Assembly (NCBI GenBank): GCA_965644295.1
Contig: CBFFRP010000255.1
Span: forward strand, 124,001 to 188,000
Direction: 5' to 3'
Length of the DNA stretch: 64,000 bases
Source: Paraphysomonas bandaiensis
Lineage: Eukaryota; Protista; Chrysophyceae
Below the pieces are notes generated by a model. That model was not told the DNA's origin, searched no databases, and saw only the letters and a list, made by a program, of their open reading frames with translations. Numbering within the stretch: position 1 is the stretch's first letter; each line of letters starts with the position of its first letter. The translations under genes were made by a program, and so were the position numbers. Shown one piece after another: positions 26,741-37,579 of this stretch.

Positions 26741-29700
26741 CTACCTCTGGTATAATGGATTTTCCGTCATATACTTTGGGCTTTCAGCAGAAGTTTCCTC
26801 AGGTGTTAACGTTTGAGTTTGGGTATCAACATAACAGCAAGGAAGTGGAGTAAGACCAACGGTCTTCATCCACTCGCCAAACGGATGCTTGATCCATACC
26901 GCCGACAAAAACATTAAATTCCAAAGATGAGGAAAGAGAATGCCATAAAACAAAATAAGTACGAATCCAGCGCCGAATCTGCATATGATATTAGCAATAT
27001 TTTACATAAAAACATACATTATTCGCACTTACGCGAATGTGTAGTAGTTGTTCCCACCAAGAAGAAAGAGAGCTGCAAGAAGAACGACCGAAAAAGTGAT
27101 CACTCGTGACGGACCAAGTTCCGACACTAGACCTTTGCCTATTACTCTGTTGCTGTCATAGCCCGTACCCGCCTCACAAAAAGAGTGTGATAGTAGTGAC
27201 GCAGATTGTGTACTCATTGCAATGGCTACAGCCGTAGCGACGGCACTAAATAAACTGTAATCCTCTCCCAGCACTTGTAGAGATCCTATAAAGGCCGATA
27301 GCGCAAGGAACACCGCCACAAAAAATGAAAAAGCTGCAATTATATTTCTGCACATCACCAGTACAACTAACGCAGCAATCGACAAAGAGAGTGGTGTCAC
27401 CAACTGCAGCCCAACAATTAGTCCGCGCTGGTACCGCAAAAGCTCCATGTTAGACGTCGAAAAGCTATGGTGCAGAGGTGTTCCCCGAATCTTACCCCTG
27501 CTCCAGTTGTCCAACGAGTCCCAAAAATCTATTGCGCTGGGATAGCTAGTGTCAAACTTTTCTTGACTTTCCATTGTCACAGTTACAACTTTTATCTCTC
27601 TAGATGCAGTGTCCCACCAAACACCTGTTTTGAACTGACCATATTCTACGGCCCAGTCATATATGCATTCTGTGAACACATGCGGTGGGAAGGTGATATT
27701 TTCAACAGGGTAGTCACAGCACGATGACCGTTGTGGTGTTAGCCATGTAGATGTGTCTGGATATATGTCGTCAACTGTATCGGCACAAGGGGCGTGCATC
27801 CATTGAGGGAAAAAAAGCGAAAAACAATTTATGTTTTGAATGCTGAGGCTCTTGTTTTGATTCCCTTTCTCATAGTACATGTCATAGCAGAGGCTATAGA
27901 GTAACTCCTGACTGTATTCCGAAGATATATTAATCGCATAATAATTAACGTCATCGCGTTGGTACGGATTAAATGGTTTAATTGTGTTGCCATCATGAAT
28001 CCCGTATGCAACTGTCATATCCAGATTCGAATCCTTGTTCATTGGGGAGTTCTTAAATTTGTGCTCATATACCCTGTCGTATCTCTCGAAAGGATGTTCC
28101 GTAAACAACAGCTGTGCGGACGCTACACTTTCCATATCCATATCAAACGAGAACACACTTATACAGAGTCCTCCACCAAGGAGAAAGAGAAGAATGGTGT
28201 ACTTCCAGTTGAATGCATAGTCATATGTTCCCACCACCTTGCTCCAATCGGCCTTTAAATATTTGCCTATCCACGGTAATTTACCCATATAGAGAGTACT
28301 CTCTTCATCCGATTTGTGATTAAGCATGATCAGTACAGGGAAGAATAAGTTCGAGACTAGAAATAATATTAGAATAGCTATTCCACAGAAGAGGCCAAAG
28401 CACTTCATAGATGGTATGGGAAAAAGGACGGCAGTGAAAAGACAGCAACTGGAGGAAATTGCTGAAGCGAAAGTTTTAAGAGATGTATGATGCCAGACAA
28501 ACGCAAGACGATCAGCATCGTGAACGTTTTCGCCAAGTGTCTGATGGCTCTCCTTCCAGTTAACTGCATAAAGAAAGAAAAACCCGAGGCCAACGTAAAG
28601 CAGTATCGACCCAGTAAAAAGTATGAAGAACGGAATATAGGATATCCACAAGACAACGCTGAACACAAAAAGCGTCACACCAAATGTTAGATATATGCTC
28701 AGAACTGCGAAAATCGCAACAAAAAGTGACTGTTCCACCGCCAGCACACTCAGCACCGCCACAAAAGTTATAGGGATCAGCAGCAATGCATCCCAAGAGA
28801 GAAAATTTCCAAATACAATAGACTTCACGCGAAGATCGTAACCCACGACCTCCGCTCCACCGAAACTCTCGTGAGTCTTGAAGCGCATCTTGTCGTAGTA
28901 AAGATCGACAAGCCAGTCTTTAGAAGTGGCATTATATGGAATCATCATGCGAGTGAGCTGAACCGAGTCGGTGAACTCGTCCTCCAGTGCGGAGGAAGGA
29001 AGCAGCGCATTCAGCATGTCATACACAGCATTGTACCGTGCACACTCTTCCGTCGCCTTTGGGCACTGAGTACTTTTAACTTTATCTGAGGTCCAGTCCC
29101 AGCAGTCTCCAGTGAGAGTACCTGCATTGTAGGAGGGAAGGCAAGTGCGCAACAGGTCCACCGTGGAACTCCCATCATTATCAGTAATGTCATCACAAGT
29201 CTGCAGTCCATTAAGGGCAGCAACATAGTTGCCCAAACTTCGGGATGGGCAACATGTATCGTCTACTCCACCGTAACGGCACTTTGACGGCGAGTAGTGC
29301 TGAAAGTTGCGAATTGATGCATCAAGTTGACACATACCTTTCAGCGATTCTGCAGAAAATAAATCCTTGCCTTCAAATATTATAGCAACATTTTCGATAT
29401 AACCCACTGATATTGGAGCAGAATTGCATTCTCCAACCAAGTTTAGAGAGTAGGTTACGTTATCCGCTGATGGTACTACAAGATGATCAATGAATTCGCA
29501 GTCATTTGGCGAGTAGTAGTCATCAGATGTGTCCTCAGACACAGTATCAAGAAAGTTAAACGAGTAACGACCATCCGGAAACGTAGATATTACCCCTTTA
29601 CATTCAGCCTTTGGCATGTCGATGATATAAGTGTTGATTTTAGCAATTAGACCTTCTCCACTACTTAGTATTAACCCAGAACTCTTTTTACCTATTTGAA

Positions 29701-29935
29701 CGTCATCGCGATATGAAAAAGTGATTGCGAATCCGATAATTGCAACGACAGCAACGAATGAAAACAACCATAAAAATGTAGCCAGTGTATGAGTCTCACA
29801 AAATTTAATAAATATGTTATGATCATCAGTGTGCAGAGGACTGGATATAGTTCTCGATGCGACAATGGATGAGCGCCTGTTAAGACCGCTTGCACTGCGA
29901 GGCCTCTCATCTGTCTTGGGATTATCACCTTCCAT
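26741..29935 (-). CDS. Dispatched/Patched-like RND-type sterol-sensing-domain membrane protein (2 exons)
   Basis: TM, large Cys-rich loop, 5 TM, second loop, 5 TM topology; HPFERYD motif; intron 27032-26979 joins FGAGFVLILFYG.. Confidence 0.75.
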
Positions 29936-30598
29936 TCAATACAATGCACTGGGAATATGCACTAGGATGGCATGTAATTTGCTAGCAAGTGTGTTTTAAT
30001 TTCCAAATCATGGACTTATGTCGGAAAGATGTGTGCTTTGCACTAAACTAACAATATGGTGCTGGGCACAACACACGGCACGGTATCTATTGCCATGCAC
30101 ACATGCATACACAGCACACAGCACATTGCGGTGTTATGTATTGCTACCTACTGCTGCTGTATTTATGCACACACACTCCCACACACAACCAACCACTGTA
30201 TAAAGTACAGTATACCGGAATATACTGCCAGTATGATAGAGGATAGATATCATGCGTAGCCCGTAAAAAATACGGCCGTGCTGAGTATTCTACACGGTCT
30301 GCTCATATTTTCCGGGATCCTTCCTGATTGGAGAGTACACTGTATACAGCAGATGTATACCAGGTATACGGCCCAGCAACAAAGAGTCTAGACCTTTCTC
30401 TTCTACGAGCTCACTGTACTCTGCGTGTAGTAGATGCGGTATGGTGGTGTATGCAAGGAGATGTGTATGTATGTGTATGTGTGCTGGAACAAGTTAACAT
30501 GCTGCATAATTCCATAACCAAACCAACACACACACTGCTTCATTGCACTCACTACTGTCTCTGTTCTACTCGGAGCTCTATCGTTGTGAATCCAATAA

Positions 30599-33500
30599 AT
30601 GCTAAGAGTAGGACGTGCATCTCGAGTCCCTCAGAGGTTATCTCCGTACTACTCAATAAGGCGACCTTTCTGGTGGGGGGGGGACGATAACAGCAATAGC
30701 AGCGGCGACAGCAACAACAAGAACAATACTAAAGAAAAAACGAAGAATTCGAATGATGAAACGGATGCTGTGTTAGTGGGCGAAGGATCGGAGAGGCAAA
30801 TAGTTCCTCAGTTCGGAGAATCCACACCAAAGCTCAGCCCGCTTATATGTGTGCCCATTGTACGGCGCCCGGTATTTCCAGGATTTTTTGCGACTCATTT
30901 GGTGAAAGATGAGAAGACTGTGGAGGCTATTGTTGAAAACCGATCCAATGGTGCATCTTACATGGGCCTCTTCCTCCGTACAGATGGTGAACCGAAGGAT
31001 GAGTCGAAAGTTGACCTCATCACCAGTATGGACCAGATCCATAATATTGGAACCTTCGCTCAGATTCATAATGTTATTCGCACTCCTAGAGGTGCTCAAC
31101 TGCTTCTGATGGCTCATCGGCGTATAGGCCTGGACGAGATAACAGCTTTCGGCCCCCCTACTATTGCAAAGGTCACTCATCTCAAGAAGCAAGCATTTGA
31201 TGCCAAGTCGCCCTCCATCAAGGCCTACTCTAACGAGGTTATCGCTGCTGTTAGGTATGCTTCCTTTTATTTGATTAAGTGACACTTAAGATGTGTTTTT
31301 GCAGGGAACTGCTAAAGATCAATCCTGTGGCACAAGAGCACATTCACGAGTGGGCGTCTCGAATGGATTTCTCAGATCCCTTCAAATTGGCAGATTTTGC
31401 GGCCTCAATTACATCTGCGGATGGAGAAGATTTACAACGTGTAATGGCAGCCTTGGTAAGACTTTTTTATTTGCCTTATATGTGGTCACGGATGCATAGG
31501 ACGTGGAAGAGCGACTTGGCATTACGCTGGAACTACTCAATAAGGAGAAGGAGGTAGCACGGGTTCAGAAAGAAATTAGTGAACAGGTACTTCTTGAAAT
31601 GCAGAATCTAATCTCGAAATGATGTACAGTTTTTTCGATTTCCTTGGAATTTTATTTATGCGCGCAGGTAGAAAAGAAGGTTAGCAAGCAACAGAGAGAA
31701 TATATGCTCCGGGAACAGTTGAAGACAATCAATAAGGTTCACCTGTCATACTAGTATCTAGCAGTTTATGAACTCTTAATTATCACATAATAGGAACTTG
31801 GCATTGAAAAAGATGACAAGGAAGCTTTAATCACAAAGTATAGAACCAGGGTGGGTCGAGTCATTTTTCCACTTTCGTATTGTTAGAATGATTATATCAG
31901 GTTGAGGGATTCCACGACAAAGTGCACAAAGATACACTCACAGTCATCAATGATGAGATAGATAAAATGTCGAGGTACGGCATACATGTATGATTACTAT
32001 CCTTTTGTTAAACTATCCGTGGTAAGCTTGGAGAGAAATTCCCCAGAGTTCAATGTCACGAGGTTAGTTGCAGTGTACTCTGTCCTCACAGTTTAACCAT
32101 TGATTGGTTTGACAGGTCTTATTTGGATTGGCTGACTGTTATGCCTTGGGGACAATTTACACAGGATGCTCTAAATCTAGAATCTGCATCCAAGGTTCTC
32201 GAGCAAGATCACTTTGGCCTAGGTGATATGGTATTTCTTTGTGGCATGCTACTTGTTGACCCAATTATTGTAGATGATGTCAAGAAGCAAATTCTCGAGT
32301 TCATAGCTGTAGGGAAACTAAAGGGGTCTGTTGGTGGAAAGAGTGAGTTGTTCTGTTATTTTTTTCTTGCAACTGATGATATTTCGCTCTCTCTCTCGTA
32401 TTGCAGTTTTATGCTTAATTGGACCACCAGGTAACTTCACCTGTTGCTTATAAAGCTCGTACTTATTTCACTGACAGGTGTCGGTAAGACTTCCATTGCG
32501 AAGTCTATCGCATCTGCCCTAGACAGGCGATTCTACCGATTTTCTGTGGGTAAGACTTACGAGATCAATTTCTCAACTATATCACAGTGGATGGCTAGGT
32601 GGTCTTACTGATATTGCTGAGGTTAAGGGGCACCGCAGGACGTACATAGGCGCAATGCCAGGTATCACATTTACCATATAATAATATTTTCTCTGAGAAT
32701 TTTTGTATTTATTTACAGGAAAGCCTATTCAGTGTCTGAAATCTCTTGGATGCTCTAACCCATTACTTCTTATTGACGAGGTGAGAGCGGTGTATTATTG
32801 AAATTTATTTTGTCATGATCATACGGTGTTACAGATAGATAAAATTGGGAAAGGGTACCAAGGAGATCCTGCCTCGGCTTTGCTCGAACTGCTTGACCCC
32901 AACCAAAACACGGTTAGTAAACAGTAGTGTAGTTTATTGAACTTTACGTTACTGTGCAGAGCTTTGTGGACCACTATTTGGATGTTCCGGTGGACTTCAG
33001 GTGTATAGCTCTATTCTTACTGGATTGAACAAGTTAACATTATTGTATGTGGCATACAGCCAAGTATTATTCGTATGCACTGCGAATGATGAGGGGTCGA
33101 TTCCTGGTCCCCTCCGCGATAGAATGGATATCATCCGGCTGTCAGGTGCTTACCACCTCATATCTCTCTTGTAACCATTATTTTGCTTCGAAAATATCAT
33201 CATTCGATTTAAAAAAAAGTAAAATGCAGGCTATGATATTCCAGAAAAAGTAGCCATTGCCTCACGCTATCTTGTTCCAAAGACCTTTACAGAAGCAGGG
33301 TTGGAGGATATGTCTGGGGTAAAGGGATCTATTACCGACGAAGGATTGGAAAAGATAGTTCGCAACTACTGCCGGTGCGTCTGATGTAGATGGATGTGAA
33401 TGACAACGTCTGATAAAATGTTAAAGGGAGAGTGGTGTGAGGTCATTAGAGAAACATATCTCTAAAATTGCCAGGAAAGTTGCGTTTAAGGCAGTTGAGG

Positions 33501-34637
33501 AGAAAGAAAAGATGGGTGAGGGTGAGGCGCGTACCATTGAGTATGTTATATCTCCGGATGATTTGGAGGAATATCTTGGTAAACCCAAGTACCCTGAGGT
33601 TTTTGTGTCGGCTTATGTGATGATACATATCTCATGTATTGTGTATTCAGGAGGCTATCTACGATACGAAGGAGGGGGGAATGCCTCCTGGAGTAGTTTT
33701 GGGCCTGGCTTGGAATCCATTAGGTAGGTGTGATGCCGCCAATGTGAGAAGTATTAACAAGGTACTATTCAGGCGGTTCCCCTGTATTTATCGAGGCCGC
33801 TGCCACTCCAACTGCCCACACTGAAACATGTTAGTGCATCATCTTTGCCTTATATGCATATATATTCAAAGTACGGAATGTATATTAGGTGGTGGGGTAA
33901 ATGTTGTCACTGGACAGCTGGGCGCGGTAAGTGATCCCGTTTATGTTATGATGCATGCTTTCCTAACCGAAATATAGGTAATGAAAGAGAGCGTTAACAT
34001 AGCGTACACTTTCGCGAGAAGAGTAATCAGTGAAAAGTAATCACATCATTTATTTTAATCCTTGAATTTATTTTACTTTTGTATTGCAGACTTCCTGAAA
34101 ATGATTTCTTCAATCGCAGTCACATTCATATCCACGTCCCTGAGGTATAGACGGAGTGTTTCTAATCTCATATCCGTTAATACTCCCTAGGGTTCTGTCG
34201 AGAAGGATGGGCCTTCAGCCGGAGCAGCTATGGCCACTTCTCTAATTAGGTGAAGCTATTTTTGTCAGCATATGCTTGAAGTCTGAACGTATATCGACAG
34301 TCTCGCCTCAGATACGCCCATTGTTCCGAAAGTGGCTATGACCGGAGAGCTGTCGCTCACTGGCAAGGTTTTACCCGTAGGGGGAATAAAGGAGAAGATT
34401 CTTGCCGCAAGGAGAACCGGGGCTGATGTTATTATACTTCCAGCTGCCAACCGAAGAGATTATGACGAGCTTCCACCATACGTAAGTAGCTTTTTGGTAT
34501 GCTGCAACTGTATGTTCTTATTATAATTATACTATTTATTCACGATATTATAGGTAAAAGACTCTGTCACTGTACACTTCGCCAGTGAGTATAGCGATGT
34601 ATTTAATGTAGCTTTCTCATCTGGTTTGCGTAAATAA
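30599..34637 (+). CDS. LONP1: mitochondrial-type Lon protease, about 25 introns
   Basis: RRPVFPGF N-domain, GPPGVGKTS Walker A, LIDEIDK, KDGPSAG catalytic Ser, PVGGIKEK Lys; Arg-rich presequence; stop TAA at 34635-34637. Confidence 0.95.
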
Positions 34638-34990
34638 TTTGAACAGTTCCTAAGGTAGGATATGTTCTTTTATCAGTGTAATTATATCAAGGTAACTTTA
34701 CTATTACTGGACTTGGTATATATAATATGGCTTTCCCCCTGCCATATTGGCTTTTGAACATTTTTGTATGTTTAGATCATTAAAAAAGTTATATCGCAAC
34801 GCTAGATAGATGATAGATTATTATATTGAATACATAGCTGTATAGCTGTGCGTTGTCATGTAAAATATATCAACAATCGAATTGTATATTTCTTTCATAT
34901 CATGTTGAGTTTTGCTAAATCTTTCTCTGCCCTACGGTGGCAAATACCGTTCAACACAAAGTTTCACCTTATTAACCAGCTTTAAGCTCA

Positions 34991-37531
34991 ATGTCCCTAT
35001 TAAGGGTATGGATGAGTCATGTCAGTGTGCCTAGGGCCTCTTCTCCCTCTCTTCGGCCACATTTTGCTGATCACCTCGTCTCCGACAAATCTCTTGTTTT
35101 ACCACGTTGTACACGTTCCAAGCCTCACTGCCTGGCTTTGCGACTTCCACCCAACCTAACGGCTTCGGCTAAACCACGTGCCTGCACTAATGCAGCGCTT
35201 ACCGCATTCATATGCCATCACATCAGTAGACATCATAGTCTCACCTATCGAATTCTACGGTTACAACCACTCAAAACGTGGCTCGTGCGAGCAGGTCCAC
35301 GCAAAAGATCCTCTGGTGCTCTCCATATGGTCACAGAATACTCTCGAACCCTCACAACTGAGCTACAGGGCTGCCTCCTGATGTCCACACAAAACAACCC
35401 AACATGGTTTCTCTGTGGTCTATGCATCCAGCAGGTTACCCCCTCATTCTGTTCACCTATCACTCCCTCAGCCCATTCCTCTTATTGGACAGACACTGTA
35501 TTCCGCATACGGTATATTCGGCTACTGTACTACAGTGCCCTACAGGATGTATACCACACAAAAACGGTGCTAGCATGCGGCACACCACGTAGCCCCGGAC
35601 CCCATCAATACCCTACCAACACACACCCACTCAATCTTGCTCGTTATGAGTATATCACCTATGCAAGGCCCCAAAGTTCACGCTTAAGTCTCTTGCGTAA
35701 CAACACTCGGTTCACATACAGATATACACCAACACTCTTTAGAAGCAACTTCGACACAATTTCAATGAAACGTGAAACAAATTCCAACACTTCCAGAACC
35801 TTCACCCCGAAGTTTGTTCTTCCCCCCTCCTATCAACCAACCAACATTGATGCGCAGATCAATAATGCTATCAGAGAACAGAAGAAAGCCAAAGCTGACA
35901 CTCCCCAGCTACAGCTCCCATCGGTACGCACCTTTCTGGGATGGGAAAATGACCTACCTGTGGGAGAGTACAAAACACTCGTCCTTACAAACATAAAAGC
36001 TGCTGATGATGCCACCTTCCTGGGGATAACACACTACCTTATCCATGAGTTGGGGTTTCCCATTCAACCCCCTACCCCCCAAGACATCGCTACCTTCAGG
36101 GCAGCCAAGGATGCACGAACGTGTTCAGACTTACCCGCTCCCACAGCGAGTAGGGTAGTCCGAGCGTTCGACCTAGGCAGACCTGGGTACGAAGTCCGAC
36201 AGGGCATGGGAGCGAATGTTACCGCTGACTCATGTATGTACTCCTCCCCTCTATGCTTTGACCTCCATGTAGAAACGGGCACATCAGTCGATGACAAAGG
36301 CCTCCTTCGGACCGAACGCCGACATGTCCAGATATCACTTTTCCGAACGCCACGAGAACTCTTCGTGGGTCGCACCAAGGATGAGCCCTCGCTGATACCA
36401 GTGGCGGCTATATATGGGCTACATGCAGACTCAGCGCACACCAGACCTGCACATGCCTTTAGGTTACGAAACACGCTGGATATGCTTCTCCGAACGGGAG
36501 GTTTCCCCACGCCACCTCTATACGAAGTATTCTGGACTCTAACACACTATAGAGGCAAGACTCGAGCCACTGATAAAACATATAGGTTCTATCAGATTCT
36601 ATTACTCCACGATCCCATTCACGATCAGGATCTAAGAGCTAAATTCTATAAAGCACTCTTCAATAATGAAATAGGAGGACATGTCGAAATCAACCTCGGC
36701 TCACTCTGTTGTAGAATGGTCAGCACTGAAACACCCACGCAAAAGCAGTCCAACTGGACACCGTCTCAAGAACTCTTCCGCATCGCTGTCTGCTCTGAAA
36801 CACTCCTATCTCCCATCCAAGTCTGGCAAGCCTGTGAGGCCATAGGTATCCCATCCACGGACATAGAGGACATCATTTGGACCGCCCGCAACCCACTCAC
36901 AAGCGGGCGCAAAGAAAAAGAACGCTTAGTTGAACAAACCTACATTTACCTTGACGACAGGAATACCAAGATCAAACTCTGTTGGGAAATCTCACGCACA
37001 GGTATCGTGCCTTTACTGCGCAAAGCTCTGGGTGACGAAACTCTAAGGCTCCTCTATCACACCATAGCAGTCCCCCCTGGACTCCCTACTCAGCGGTTTC
37101 TATACGGCCTCCATAAGGCCCCAGACACAGCAACAAACGCCCCTCCCATAATACCGCCTCCAACGTCCCTTCAACCCTTCGGTCCAACTGTTGCTCCACA
37201 AATGCAGACCGATACACCGCGATCGTACACTCCCAAACGACAGCGACAGATGGACACATCCCCATCAACAGAGCCAGCACCAGCTCCCACCTGCCCAGAG
37301 CTCTGCGAAATAGCTCTACACATCGCTTCAGATCTTGTACCTCTGTCAAAAATCCATGCCATCCTCGCGCAAATGGAAAACGCGGTTGCAGCTCTCTATG
37401 AGATCGATGCTGGGGCGACTCTCACGGTACTTGATTACTATAAAAACAAGGTAGATCACAGTATCCCAGAAAGGTCCTCAGAAGAACACTCTCGGGTGGA
37501 CTCGGACATCTTCGGCTCCGACTCCAACTGA
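34991..37531 (+). CDS. LINE ORF1 (no domain recognised; possible start ATG 35765)
   Basis: 846-codon open frame inside the TSD-bounded element, upstream of and in frame with ORF2. Confidence 0.65.
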   Translation: MSLLRVWMSHVSVPRASSPSLRPHFADHLVSDKSLVLPRCTRSKPHCLALRLPPNLTASAKPRACTNAALTAFICHHISRHHSLTYRILRLQPLKTWLVRAGPRKRSSGALHMVTEYSRTLTTELQGCLLMSTQNNPTWFLCGLCIQQVTPSFCSPITPSAHSSYWTDTVFRIRYIRLLYYSALQDVYHTKTVLACGTPRSPGPHQYPTNTHPLNLARYEYITYARPQSSRLSLLRNNTRFTYRYTPTLFRSNFDTISMKRETNSNTSRTFTPKFVLPPSYQPTNIDAQINNAIREQKKAKADTPQLQLPSVRTFLGWENDLPVGEYKTLVLTNIKAADDATFLGITHYLIHELGFPIQPPTPQDIATFRAAKDARTCSDLPAPTASRVVRAFDLGRPGYEVRQGMGANVTADSCMYSSPLCFDLHVETGTSVDDKGLLRTERRHVQISLFRTPRELFVGRTKDEPSLIPVAAIYGLHADSAHTRPAHAFRLRNTLDMLLRTGGFPTPPLYEVFWTLTHYRGKTRATDKTYRFYQILLLHDPIHDQDLRAKFYKALFNNEIGGHVEINLGSLCCRMVSTETPTQKQSNWTPSQELFRIAVCSETLLSPIQVWQACEAIGIPSTDIEDIIWTARNPLTSGRKEKERLVEQTYIYLDDRNTKIKLCWEISRTGIVPLLRKALGDETLRLLYHTIAVPPGLPTQRFLYGLHKAPDTATNAPPIIPPPTSLQPFGPTVAPQMQTDTPRSYTPKRQRQMDTSPSTEPAPAPTCPELCEIALHIASDLVPLSKIHAILAQMENAVAALYEIDAGATLTVLDYYKNKVDHSIPERSSEEHSRVDSDIFGSDSN

Positions 37532-37579
37532 CTCCTACTGGACTGGGACACAACGAACATCAAACGTACACTCATAGAA

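Noticed and set aside
37529-37531. Selenocysteine or alternative genetic code at the in-frame TGA
   Set aside because: TGA terminates host genes in this window (7961, 47802), and there is no redox motif or recognisable SECIS
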